A DNA stretch of 64,000 bases from Catajapyx aquilonaris. Lineage: Eukaryota. The notes beneath the pieces were generated by a model that ran no database searches, had not been told where the DNA came from, and was given only the letters and a program-made list of their open reading frames with translations. This document shows, piece by piece, positions 27,310 through 40,728 of this stretch. The stretch spans positions 62,001-126,000 of the forward strand of contig KZ538306.1 in NCBI GenBank assembly GCA_000934665.2, read 5' to 3'. Both the position numbers and the translations under genes were made by a program. Every line of letters begins with the position of its first letter. Positions within the stretch are counted from its first letter, which is position 1.

Positions 27310-29799
27310 CCTTGAACGAAGAAAAGGTCCAATCAGAATAAAAGCGGCGTTAACTGAACGTCCCAAGAGACTCGACCAGTCTGTTTTATATAAACGAGAA
27401 ATCAATGAATCAATCCAGCAAAAAAATCCAATCACGAGAAAAGCCGAGTAATTTTATCAAGTTCTTTCTTGTACTGACACCTTGCTCCTGTGTCATCAGT
27501 CGAGTAAGGGGGAAAAGTAAACTCAGATTAAATAATCTTGCGGAGTCCCAGCTTATCTTTTTCACCAAAGCATGACCGATCCTGGCTCCGACCTACCTTT
27601 CCTTCTGTTTACATGCACATGTAACGATAAGAGACAGAAATCGTAACAAACAACACAAAAAAAAATTAAGGAAGTGCTGAGCGGACAAAGTAACAAATAG
27701 AAACGTGAACATGCGGTTGAAAATAGCATTTTCGCAGCTGACCTTTTATGAACATTTCTTCAGCACGAAAAGAACAGTAATTTTTGTTCAATACTAGTAA
27801 TTGACATTCTCTTGTAGTATCGTCGTTTAAATTTTTAATCCAAATGAAAGTTTAACGAGGCAATTTGCCGTATGAGCCTGTACAAAATATTTCTTCAATG
27901 CATGCTCCTGTAATATTGCCGGTTTAAAAATTTACCCCGATTAATTCTTAACGAGGCAATTTGAGCCGCCGTAACAAATATTTCATGCCCCTCTCACTTT
28001 AGTTGCGGCTGCAATCAATAAGCACCTCGTTATGCCCTAGTTAAACGGGACAACTTGTCACCTGAAAACGCGGTTAGTAAGCAACAACGGAAGCGGTATT
28101 AGACATGCATCGTACACAGAGCGTTTAATTAACATTGTTAACAGACGTATACGCTACGAGGCATTTCCCGGCTCGACTCCTGAAGCAGTTGCAGCGAATA
28201 TGAAAAAAAGCAGAAGTCTGACCTTAAAACTTGCGGAATCAACATCCTGACATTGGAAAAACCAACGAGCGGTGCACCCTTCTGAGCCATTCGTACTACT
28301 GACATCATCATGATTGATACTAGAGAGTCGCCTGGGAAACGGACAGTTCAGTAACATGTGTTTTATGCGGTGTGTCATTTCATACTGATGAGTTATCGAC
28401 ACACTAACGAGGTACTGTTACAAAAACCAATCAACGTCATAGTAAAAAGTGATAGCCTATTCGCCTTTTTCTCATGACCCGAGTGTTGTCACATCTACAA
28501 ATTGCTGCATCACATCAAATCTAACCATTTGCGCAAAATCGCATTGCGCAATTCGCTCCAAAAATGATTATTATCTACAAGTTACAGGTCGTTTTATCCC
28601 GGAAAAGGTGCCAATCTTTGCTTGCGCTTTTTACGATGAGGGCATGTAAATAGTTCGTTCATGCTCGGAATCCAATTGTTATCATATGAATGGACGGAAG
28701 ACAATAATTGCGACATATTTTCTGGCTAACGTTCATGAACAATGCATCTGAACTGAATTACAACAAAACTGATTTGAGAAGAAAAAAAAATTTGCAGACA
28801 AACATTGCACAGTTGGACTATTAATTGTCAGAAATTACTGATAACAATGCAAATACAAAATGTCAGAGAGAAATTATTGTTCAACTTATAATAATGATAC
28901 AAGTAGAAAATAAATGATGTGGAAAATGCAACTTGGAGCAATAAAAGTACAAGATGCTGCGAACCACTTTCAATCATAATTATGCAACAGGTGACGGCAA
29001 ATCGGTTTATTGACTTCCATTCAGCAAATCACTGCATGGTTTCGAAACATGAGGTGACATGCAACTTTGAACGTCACAGCCTAAAAACATGAGAATCATG
29101 AAAGACCCAGATCCGCTTTAAAAATCAATGCAAATCAACAAATTGAGTCGACTGGAGAGGTTGCATCCCAAATGAGAGGCTAATTAAATCTGGGCTGCCT
29201 CTCCACTCGGACTAATGGAAGATGCTAATATCTTTTGGCCGTAGTCCACGGAAAAGGTCGTCTCCTTCACAAAACATCAATGGCTTCCCACTAATTGGAC
29301 GCGATCTGTAATTCAATCGATTTGGCTTCGGCAACTGTTTTGGTTGAAGGTAAGTGCCTGTCACTGCCCGCTGCGCAATTACATTCAAGATGTGCTCAAG
29401 ACGGCTCACCTTCCCAACTCCTAAGTACGTCCTCACACAGCAGCTGTACCCTCCTTGCCCTGCGAATCAGAAGCACAACATCAGTCTCGGTCTGCGCTCT
29501 TGCCGGTGTACAACTACGCTCATCCAATTAACAGCGCAATTAACATCAGGTATACCATTTTAATCAAAAATTACTAATGAAGTCTTCCACAAACGTAACC
29601 TAACATTAGCTGCTTAAAATAAGATTTGAAAAGCACCTGTCTCTAAATCGGTATTAGCTACATATCAATAGTACACCTTGCATACCTTGGTACTGTACTT
29701 GTAATGCAAATAAGCCTCAAGAGTTGGCTAAAACTGACAAAGTGACGTCACAAGCCATTAATGACCAATTATTAACAGTGCAATTAATATCAGGTGCAT

Positions 29800-31460
29800 T
29801 GGGGAACGAAAATCATCAACTTATTAGCTGCTTAAAATAACCTGCTTTGAAAATAAACAGTTGTATATCTACAAATTAGCAGCTTACAACACAAAACAAT
29901 CAGTTTATATCTTTAAAAAAGTTGCTGCTTTATGCTCAAAATAAGCAGCTACTTTACACTCAAAATAAGCAGCTTTATCAAGATAAGCTGCTGTATGCCT
30001 GAATGTTTGTCTACAAATTAGCAGCTTATACATTGAAACAAGCAGCTGCTTTATGCTCAAAATAAGCAACTGTCTCAAACAACCAGCTTTGCCTAATAAG
30101 CATCTTTATCAAGTAGCTGTATGTCTGAAATAAGCAGCTTATGTCTACAAATAAGCAGCTTCCGTATGGTCAAAATAAGCAACGTTATGCTGTCTGAAAA
30201 TAACCAGCTTTGGATAATAAGCAGCTTTATTGATAAGCTGTTGTATGCCCAAACATTTGTCTACAAATTAGCAGCTTACACCTTAAAAATAAGCAGCTGC
30301 TTTATGCTCAAAATAAATTGTTCTCCTTTTTCAAAACGTGATCAAAATTGTAACTATAAATGAACATTAATGCACACATACCGAATTTGTGTGTAATACA
30401 TAATGTGGCTGTGTCCCCCAAAACGAGCCAAAGGCTCGAACACGGGGTAAATTAAATAAAAAAAATAAAAAATGCTCAAAATAAGCAACTTTGTCTGAAA
30501 TAACCAGCTGCTTTATGCTCAAAATAAGCAACTTTATGCTGTCTGAAATAACCAGCTTTGCATAATGAGCAGCTTTATTGATAAGCTGTAGTTGTATGCC
30601 CGAATGTTTATGTCTACAGATAAGCAGCTTATACCTTAAAAATAAGCAGCTGCTTTATGCTCAAAATAAGCAACTTTATCTGAAATAACCAGCTGCTTAT
30701 TTTTAAGGTATAAGCTGCTTATCTGTAGACATAGACATTCGGGCATACAACAGCTTATCAATAAAGCTGCTTATACCTTAAAAATAAGTAGCTGCTTTAT
30801 GCTCAAAATAAGCAACTGTCTGAAATAACCAACTTTGCATAATAAGCAACATTATCAAGCTATATGCGTGAATGTCTATGTCTACAAATAAGCAGCTTAC
30901 ATCTTAAAATAAGCTGGTGCTTTATAATAAGCTGTTTCTTGATAAAAACAATCAGTTTAATATATGAAATTAACAGCTTATCCTAGGATTCTGTAGAGGA
31001 AGCAGCTAAGTTGAGATGAACAGCTTTATGCTTAATATAAGCAGTTTAATATATGAAATGAACAGCTTTATGCTTAATATAAGCAGTTTAATATATGAAA
31101 TGAACAGCTTTTCCTAGTGTTCTGTAGAATAAGCAGCTTAGTCGAGTTGAACTGCTTTATGCTTAAAACAAGCAGTTTAATATACGAAATAAACAGCTTT
31201 TCCTAGTGTTCTGTAGAATAAGCAGCTTAGTCGAGTTGAACTGCTTTATGCTTAAAACAAGCAGTTTAATATACGAAATAAACAGCTTATCCTAGGATTC
31301 TGTAGAATAAGCAGCTTAGTCGAGTTGAACTGCTTTATGCTTAAAACAAGCAGTTTAATATACGAAATAAACAGCTTATCCTAGGATTCTGTAGAATAAG
31401 CAGCTTAGTCGAGATGAACTGCTTTATGCTTAAAACAAGCAGCTTTGTGCCTCTGAAATG
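29800..31460. repeat. Complex AT-rich satellite (core aaaataagcagct/gctttatgct) with an internal inversion and a terminal 89-bp higher-order repeat
   Basis: Core recurs dozens of times. ~30690-30772 is the reverse complement of ~30569-30652. 89-bp units start at 31103, 31192, 31281 and 31370. Confidence 0.9.
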
Positions 31461-31491
31461 AGCTGTTTCATTACCCTCTTCTAATATAAAA

Positions 31492-32226
31492 TCTTCTAAT
31501 AAAATTCTAATATATAATATAAAGGAAAGCTACGGATGAACAGTGTGAATGAAACCACCTCTCCTACTAGTCAGACTAGTGTGACCTTCGACTGACCTGA
31601 CCTAAAGAGACTAGTTGACCCCGTGTGAACGAACCCACGTGACCCTAGGCCTGCCCGAGCACACTTCTTGGTCCTTCCCTCCTTACGTAAGGAAGGGGGC
31701 TGATGGCCTCTCTCCCCCTGCCAAAAAGAGTCTCTACTTTTCCCAATGACTGGTCCTTACCGTGTCCAGAGGGTGGTCTGGCTGATCTCCTCAACGGCGC
31801 AGGGTCGGAGGCAGGCAGGGTGACGCAGGCAGGTGGGGAACAAACACACGTGCCGAGTGGAGATGCGCACACGGCAGGGGGGCTAACCGCTCTCTGCTGC
31901 TCGGGACACGGCGAGGGCCACACCACAGGCCAGACCGGATCCTGGATGGCGCCACTGGGCAAAAACGGATGAAGGAACCAATCGGAAGGGGGGGATCCGG
32001 ACGGTGAACCAATCACAGCGCAGGTGAGAAGGAACGCATGCGCACGGGAGTCGCCGGCAAGCAGGGTTGCCAGGTCAATTGCTGCCAGATGGCGGGAGTT
32101 TTGGCTGCACTTCTCTGGAAGTCGAACCGGTTCCGGAACCGGCCCCACCACACCCCCCTTGCTCATGGGTTAGCAAACAAATTTCGATTCGCCCTTTTGT
32201 CGCCAACGGGCTCGGGGCGCCACTAG
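31492..32226 (+). mobile_element. Putative non-autonomous Helitron-like element
   Basis: Begins A|TC followed by an AT-rich ctaatatataatataaagg leader. Ends with GC-rich cgccaacgggctcggggcgc, then CTAG|T. No TIR or TSD seen. GC-rich interior in AT-rich surroundings. Confidence 0.55.
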
Positions 32227-33071
32227 TACCGCACAATACATGCTGTACGAACAAAATTTAAAAATTGCATTCTATGGGCTAAATAAACAGCAATTTGATG
32301 GGGGTGCAATATATATATTTTTATTTATTTAAATACAACTTACAGGATTTTGATCCCTCACTATGGGAATGATCTGGAATGTTGACTTACTCGCAGCCTC
32401 GTAATACATATATCGATACAGTTATCCTCTGGGGGGTTATGTGCTTCTGACATTACAATATGCAATCTTCTTGTGCCCATTACAATATTACATGCCTTTG
32501 ACATTACCGTACGCAATCTTCTTGCGCACATTACAATATGTTCCAGGCATGATGTGAAGAAATATGAATCGCAGGGGCACGCCCAGATGCAAAGTACGGA
32601 TTTTAACAATGTACGTGTAACAGTGGAGGATCACTGCGCAGAGAGGCTGAACATAAATTAGACATTGCTACAGTCTCACTGTGTGTGCATTACTGAAGTG
32701 CAATTCACGCTCGACACAAACACTGACAGGGAGAGAGTTACAAAAACGTAGAAGAATACACAATACCATTTTTTTTTTTACAAAAATAATTCTACACGCA
32801 CGAGTGTAATTACTGTGCTCGTAAAATGCATTAGTCTATTAGCAGAAATACCGGTACCAAAATACCACGAAAAAAAAAAACAACAACTTGAAATACTTTC
32901 TGTGACCTAAATGACAAACTGTTGCCTTTCCACAAAATAATGAGTACGCACAATCCTTACTTTTAGTTCGTTATTGCAACGGCCTGTTGATCCCCAAGCG
33001 GTGGAAAATTCCTATGAAATGATTGTGTTGGAATGACTTGTCTCTCTGTACGCATAAAATGAGTGTAAAAC

Positions 33072-34637
33072 TTACAGTTTCGTCGGAGCAACCTGATCGT
33101 GCTCGTTCCTGTTGGGAATGGAAATTGAAGTTGAGAACCATTGATTTAAAAAATGGCGGTGGTGCAAAACTGACCTGTCGTAAAAGGCGCAAGTCTGCAG
33201 ATGGTCCGCCATATGCCGGTTTTCCTTAAACGTCCACCGAGTCACAGGCTCGAATCCGGGCGAGAATTTCCAGTGCTAAGATTCACAAACGGTACGGTAT
33301 TACAACAACAGTACATTCCCCATGCATCAGGTTAGGTTAGATATGAGGCAGCGGCTTACTTTGTGTGTTAATACCCACGATGAGCCGCCTTGCCTCTCCC
33401 ACTGGCACACTACGATTCCCCTGTCCAGCAGAAGGGTGTAGCAGACGCTCCTCAACCTCCGACATGTCATGGCCAGGTTGCACAGGCTGAACGAGTCCAG
33501 CCTGCGGATCACCTGCTCCAGAATGTCATACGGTAGCTGACACAGTCCGATCTTCCGCTGCCCCTCGTCCGCAGCGCTTTCCACAAAGTGGGCCACCCCA
33601 GGGCAGCCCATGTGCTCGTTGAACACCACCGTGGCACCCTTTGGGAGCTTCGGCTCCAGTCTCCTGACTGCATGAGTGCAGCCGTAGATGGCCAGCGGAC
33701 ACCTCTGCTCCATCCATCCGCCGCATATGTCATCATGTGTGTTTTTCCAGTGAGATGCGACCTCGTCTCGGCGGAACTCTTGGCCACACTGGAACGTATA
33801 TTTGGAGCGGCGCTTTGGTGACGGGCGGCCCCGCTTGTTGCAGATACCCCAGTACTCTGTAGTCAGGTCGAGCCACAGGGACGTTTGGGAGAAAAGCGGA
33901 TATGGCGGGGGGGTCGGAGGTGACGGAATTGATGGCGGGGTTGGCAGTGGACTCGGTGGAGATTCGTTGTAGTTGTCGTAGCAGTCCATCTCTGCACGAA
34001 TTTAAAAATCAGTCAGTTAAAGCAATTTAGTTGCAGTCGCTTCAAGTACCTTGCTCATCGCCGTTGAGTACCGGACGGGTAATGCATCCTGGCGACTTGA
34101 TCGGGACAGGGTAGCGCAGAAACGAGCAGCAACGACGTGATAATTGCAGAGATGCGGTTTTCTCCGCCGTATGCTGGTCGCGCAATGCAAGACACACATC
34201 TGCCGGGAATCAATTATCATCAGTTTACATTTTAACGAGCAATTACGTATGATCTCACCTAACTGCCTCGCACCATCAGCTGCGTATCTGACCATATCTC
34301 GACCTGGCAGCATATGTGCCCCCTGCCTTATTGGAAATCTGGTCCACCAAACGTGACACACAACGACGCTGGCCGGGCACGTGCTGAGATGGATACCAAG
34401 CCGACTCCTGGGCATGGTTTGTGGGCATCCGTACGCCACATTTATGCATGGAACACGTGCATTGGGGCAGAGCAACGAGATATGCTCCTCTTCTTTGCAG
34501 GAATGGAACCAAAAGCCGCATCCATTGAGGCAGCATTTCACAGCGCATTTCTCCACACCCGTAGACAGCGAGAGGGAACGACACTCGAGGACTCGCACGC
34601 AGCTACCGCAATGGACATGATCTTCCACCTCGCACAT
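33072..34637 (-). CDS. F-box protein with N-terminal TRAF-type zinc finger (FBXO30/FBXO40-like), multi-exon; 3' end approximate
   Basis: HCGSCVRVLEC...CGFWFHSCKEEEH...CPNARVPCINVAYGCP...HLSTCPASVVVC; FQCGQEFRRDEVASHWKNTHDDI..GWMEQRCPLAIYGC; F-box LCQLPYDILEQVIRRLDSFSLCNLAMTCRRLRSVC; C-terminal WKFS...MADHLQTCAFY. Confidence 0.85.
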
Positions 34638-35379
34638 GGCCTGATCCTAAGTTGGAAATGTAAACACCTTACAATCAGCCCCCAGCAATGCCTCGAACAC
34701 ACATTACATCACACATCCGCTATGAATGGCAACGATATATTTGGTCCGTTTAAATCGGGACATGGCAACCATTCAAATTATTCATGAAACGGCCGTCAAC
34801 AAGCCATTGCGCAGGTACTTATTAATATCAGGTGCCGAAGCCGGCGTACGTTCGAAACATTTGTTATCTTTTCAGTACGTTGTACGTACCGGTGCGTACT
34901 ACACCCAACTCAGTACCATTTTTTTTAAAGTACTACTTATAATGTATGCCTGAATATGCCTGAATAAAATGTACCTGATTGTGTCTGTACCGTTGCTAGC
35001 AAAGCACCAGGCTGTGTCGTCGACCTGTTTTGCACAAGTCAATGGCCATGAAATATGTCTCTCTCTCAAGTAGTTGTTGACCGGATGTTATTTGCCCAGA
35101 GAAAACAGGATATTATGAGACATCAAGAGAAATATTGAGTAATAAATATTCACAGCCCAAGGAAGGTACTTGGAATAATCAGGAAATTAAATAGAACATA
35201 TTGAAGGAGAACAACAAGAGAGAGAGAGAGAGAGAAAAAAAAGTGAAAGGCCCAAACGGGAATCGAATGTCGTTTGTTCCACTGCAATTAATATCAACTT
35301 GAATATTTTTAAAGTGTGCTCAGTTATTAATTATTAATAAATTAAGAAAATTATCTAATTTTTCATAAACAATGCGAAG

Positions 35380-35590
35380 TGGACGCCATATTTGGTCCAT
35401 GGATCCAAGATGGCAGCATTCACACAAAAAAATTGTTTTAAAATTATTAAATCAATTTTAATGTACAGTATGAACAAAAAATTAGTGTGAGATTACCGCA
35501 AATGTAATTTGCGTATTAATTGATTTAGATTAATTAACGGTGATGGACCAAACATGGCGGCTACAGGAGAAGACGGCCGCCATTTTTGAT
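35380..35590. promoter_or_regulatory. Cluster of YY1/Pho-like (AANATGGC) motifs in the divergent FBXO/APH-1 intergenic region
   Basis: cgccatatttgg, caagatggcagc, aaacatggcggc and gccgccattttt; the first and third lie within an inverted repeat. Confidence 0.4.
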
Positions 35591-35864
35591 CCAAATAATC
35601 CGGTGTTGTGCTATAGGCGACAAAAAGTTCAGTGTCAACATCCGCATCATTTTAAAGGCTCGACCCACTGTATGTAATTATTAATCAAATATTTCCAATC
35701 ATAAATATCGGTAGAATCGTCGATATCATTCTCCAACCCGGTATCGACTTTTATTTTAGACTATTTTTTTCCCTCTTACAATTTTTCTCTCTCTCTCTGT
35801 CTGGGCGTGATCCAGTGTTATTTTTGTGGTTAATTATATAAAATAAAAGGGGGGCAATTAAAAG

Positions 35865-37481
35865 ATGACCCTCCCCGAGTTCTTCGGTTGCGCCTTCATC
35901 GCCTTCGGAGCACCCCTGGCCATGTTCACATTCACCATAGCCAAGGATCCAATCAGGATCATCATCCTCATTGCCAGGTAAATTATATGACTCACTTACA
36001 TTTATAACAATTGTGCAAGTGACACTCTTTGCTGCCTTCCAGTGCGTTCTTCTGGTTGTTGGCCCTGCTGCTGTCGTCCATACTGTGGTTCGCAGTGGTT
36101 CCGCTGAAGAGCACCCTGGCCTTCGGACTGGTCTTCTCCGTCCTCTTCCAGGAACTCTTCCGCTTCTTCATATACAAGCTGCTCAGGAAGGCGGAGGGCG
36201 GACTCAAGAAAGTCACAGACTCACACACAGAGATCATCAACAATAAGCACATACTCGCATATGGTACGACCCTCACGCGCAAAGTAACGTCGGTTCATGA
36301 CCACAGCCGTAAAGGCATGCTTCACTTGCTAGTCCATAAAGAGGCTTTAAATTATGTTTGAATCTTCATATTTTAATAAGACATAGCTCGATTCAGAGAA
36401 TATGTAAGCGAAAGTTAATAAAATTACAGATATTAATGAATATATAATATATATGTTAATAATATGTAATTATTTGATAGTTAAATACAATATATAAATA
36501 AATATGTAATTATTTGATAGTTAAATAGAATATATAGATTAATATGTAATTATTTGATAGTTAAATACAATATATATATTAATATGTAATTATTTGATAG
36601 TTAAATACAATATATGAATTAATATGTAATTATTTGATAGTTAAATACAATATGTAAATTAATATGTAATTGGGGCGACACGGTGGCGGAGTGGTTAGCA
36701 CCGCAGCCTTCCACCTCTAAGGTCCCGAGTTCGATCCCCGGGTCGGACGGAGGATACTTATGTGGATAGAGTTTCGATGGGTTCTCTTCGTGTTCACGTG
36801 GGTTTTCTCGGGGTTCTCCCGTTTCCTCCCACTATCAAAATCCATTTGGGCCAACTCGCATAGTTTTTACGTACGACGCCTTCGAAGATTTCGGAAGTTT
36901 CATGACGACACATGCGCCTTGAGGCCCCATTGCGTCAGAGCATGAATGTAATGATACATTGGCTGACTTTTGTTCTTTCGCTCCAGTGTCTGGGTTGGGA
37001 TTCGGGCTGATGAGTGGCGCCTTCTCCCTTGTGAACGTCCTGGCCGACTCGGTAGGGCCTGGCACGATGGGCCTGAGAGGAGACTCGCACATGTTCTTCA
37101 TGGTGTCCGCAGGCACAACCCTCTGCTTCATCCTCTTGCACACGTTTTGGGGAGTCATCTTCTTTCATGCCTTGGACCAGAGGAACTACCTGTACCTAGC
37201 GCTGGTCCTCGTTAGCCACATGATTATCTCGTGTTTGGTAAGCACGGCAGTATATGTGTGTGTGTGATGTAGACAGTAACCTTTTGCTAAATTTCCAGAC
37301 CTTGCTGAACAAGGATCAGATGTATGCGGCCACCCTCACTCCAGCCGTGTTATTGACTGTGGGTACGTCACTGGTTGCGTTCCACGTGGCTGGAGGAAGC
37401 CTGCAGAGTCTCAGGGCTTCCTTCCAGCGGACTCCAACGACGCTGGTGGTCGAGCCGGTGGAACAAAGAAGAGACATTTGA
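35865..37481 (+). CDS. APH1: Gamma-secretase subunit APH-1; exons 35865-35977, 36043-36263, 36987-37237, 37299-37481
   Basis: MTLPEFFGCAFIAFGAPLAMF..IAKDPIRIIILIASAFFWLLALLLSS, FQELFRF, GxxxG helix VSGLGFGLMSG, NVLADSVGPGTMGL, LLHTFWGVIFF. Splice phases are consistent. Confidence 0.96.
36455..36671. repeat. AT-rich 40-bp tandem repeat x5 in APH-1 intron 2
   Basis: aatatgtaattatttgatagttaaatacaatatat at 40-bp spacing. Confidence 0.9.
36672..36844 (+). mobile_element. tRNA-derived SINE, copy 1 (V-domain-like core)
   Basis: A box tggcggagtggt, B box gagttcgatccc, core gtgggttttctcgggttctcccgtttcctcccac. Near-identical copy at 55981. Confidence 0.85.
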
Positions 37482-39199
37482 TTCACACAACCCACTATTT
37501 ATAATGCCGATGGAGGCCACAAGAACTGACTGCATGACATAAAAAAAAATGATTATGAAAATGTAAGGACTGGTGTACAACGAATGGTCCGTACAACAAC
37601 CGTTCCAATTAATGCAAGTGGTCAGTTTGTAAAGACTTTTTTTTCTCTTATGGGAGGGGGGTGTTGGACTATTAAAAAATGATCTCTTTGTAATGCCATA
37701 GTGATGCTTACAATGTAAGCAAGCTGTGACAGTAACAGCTCATAAATGATTCGTAACAGCGTGGTATTAACGGCAGAATAATTAGGCCAACTCTTCAAAA
37801 TAATTCCTTTAAAAAAAAAAAAAACGCAAATGAACGCACTAGACTTTTTCGCAGTGTTTCTGTTTCCGGAACATTTCCTTGCCAGAAGCTTGTGACAGAT
37901 GTAATTAATGGGTGTAACTTGTTTTTAAACTTAATTGTCTGATACCTACATTGTAATAAAAAAATTTAATTGTTAACCACTGTTTTTTTTGTTTTTTTGT
38001 ATGAGTTACCGGTAATTCTGTTTTCTAAGGCCTATACGCGTACATGCATTACTTTCGATCTAATTACAGGGCAACAACAGGTGGAAAAATTCTTCCGACA
38101 AGTCGGTAGATACAATTTATTTATTTAATCATTCAACTGATTGAATGTAGGATTATTTTTCATTTCAATTCAGTAGTATTGCCGCCCTTTAATCGCAGTT
38201 ACGTAGGACGGGATAATTTTAATTCCCAGACGCACGTAAATTCAATTTGTATTATTTTATCACGTGCATATCAGTAATGTCAATCATGCAAGTAATGTAC
38301 GAATTTTAATGACAGGACAAACGTTACCTAACCCCAGCATACAAATAAAGCGTGTTTTTCCCATACTTTCGTTACCGCGAAGTGTTGTAATGATACATTT
38401 CTCATTATTTTCTCAGTACTATTTTTTAAATATATTTATTATGAAGCCCGTTTCGAGGGCATAACCCTTTTTGGGGGGGATTTCCTCAGTACTAATGTGC
38501 TTTTAATTATCATATGAAATGCTAAATTGCACCTACAGATTACGCCTACCGGTACCTATTTTTAATGTTTTACACATGCACGTATCTGATATTCCCTGGC
38601 GTTTAACCTTCACGCGCCTAATTACCAGCCAAGTTAAGTCGTTAGATAAAACTTTTACAGCGTGTGAAACCCAAACAGGAAAAGCCAATTTCGTAACCGC
38701 AACTATTAAAACTTAAGCTGTCTCTTCCTCTTGAAAAATTCCCCCCCTCCTCCATATCCAAAACCGACTAATGCTGTCATTTGGTCTACTCGAAGTACCT
38801 CATCATGATTGTCAGGTTTTATCCGGACCCCTCCTCCCTCTAAACACTAAATCACAATGCATGACAGTAGCCCCACGGAAGTCAAGGGCAACCGAAGATA
38901 TGACGGGGCAGCATATGCCCATCTCCCTCCGCCTCCCTCAACAACCGGATGGTCCGTCGACCAACCAGAGCCTCAGTTGAAATTCTTTTCTCATTTTTTT
39001 TGATATATTCAGGATGAGGGTTTATATACCGACTGACGCCCATCCCCACCAAGCCAAGCATGCGATGTAGACAAGTATAGCACACGCCACACATACACAC
39101 ACAGAACCAGTGTCTCTCTCGCTATACATACTGTGTCGCATTGCTCAATTTACACAAACGTGGAGCTGTAAGTATGAACATTTAATTAATATTTATTCA

Positions 39200-39578
39200 T
39201 TATGCTCATTATGCTATTGTGTATTATTAATAATGATGTGCAGTATGTATTATTAATTATTAATAATACATACTGCATAGCATAATTAAGCATTCACAAT
39301 AGCATAATTATGCTGTGCAGTATGTATTATTAATTATGCTATGCAGTATGTATCATATTACAGTATTATGCTTATTATGTATTAATTATTATGTATTATA
39401 TTATGTATTATAGTATGTATTAATTATTATGTATTATATTATGTATTAATTATTATGTATTATATTATGTATTAATTATTATGTATTATATTATGTATTA
39501 TATTATGTATTAATTATTATGTATTATATTATGTATTATATTATGTATTAATTATTATGTATTATTATGTATTATTGT
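39200..39578. repeat. AT-rich low-complexity/microsatellite array (attatgtatt)
   Basis: Direct repetition of attatgtattaatt and attatgtattat. Confidence 0.9.
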
Positions 39579-40728
39579 GTAAGTACTGATTGTCCTGTAA
39601 GTTTTGACAAAAATAATTAAAGAGTTATAATCTGACTTGGTTTAATCAGAGTAAATTGAGGACAATGCAAATTATGTTGACTTGTTCTGGTCTCATCAAG
39701 CAAAGTACGTTGATTACGTGATAATTATGGTAATTAAACACCGCATACAACTAGCCTTATTCATGGTTCACCAAGTGAGTTCAATATTAATTAAATGGCG
39801 GTTACTTGTACTGAAGATGTACAAAAAATCAGTATTATTTTATTTGTTATTATTTGTTATACAGTATTCGTATTATTATATAATTTTTTTATTACACACG
39901 GTAGGTGCGAACAGCATAATTGAACCATGGATTCGGAACTTATGTTACATCGAATTTTAGCTCATGCTCTATTAATTTATATTAAATCTAAATGCTTAAA
40001 AAAAATTGAGCTTTAATTTTAGTCCCGCTGCTAGTTACTGCTACCTTAGCAGCTCCATTACCAACACTTGGCACTGCTAAGTTAGCAGTAACTAGGAGTA
40101 AAATTGAACCCTTGCTCTTCAGCTTTGAACATGACATAATTATGTCGTTGTTTTTTGTTCCTGTCGTCTTTTTTGCCCTTGAGAAATTAACATTCAAAGT
40201 CGGATGGAGGAAGCTGCATACACATTATTATTAATAACTCATGTGACTTTTACCTTCACGTATGGGTAATTACACGCACGATGATTGTAATTATTACAGG
40301 GGCGCGGATTTCTACCGACGCATGAGACCAGTGCACTTATTTAAAGTAGGACAAAACGAGAGACGTGATGCAACAATATCAAGACGTAATTTATTCTGTT
40401 ACGTACTCACTTCACATGTACCGTACCGTGGCGAACAGGTGTATGAAACAGCTACTTATTATACCGGTAATGAATTTACTGTAAAAATGGCAATGGGTTA
40501 CCATGGCAAATTGGCATAGCCACTATAATGTTTGTTGGGCTGGGGTGTGCACAAGACAGACAGCATTTGAGGCATGTACAGACCGACAATATGCGCCCAG
40601 CTTGCAACCCTTGCGATTAACTTAAATCATCACGCAATGCAACGTACCGTGCCTGTCATGGCCACAAGTACTGGCGCAGTCACCCAAAAGCCATACATAT
40701 GACACCAACACCTTCCGATTCCAGGACC

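Noticed and set aside
29212..29563. Short ORFs in a moderately GC-rich patch upstream of IMPDH
   Set aside because: No recognisable motif and no consistent exon chain could be built.
36672..36750. tRNA gene
   Set aside because: Has A/B boxes but runs into a SINE core, lacks a convincing acceptor stem and is duplicated at 55981.
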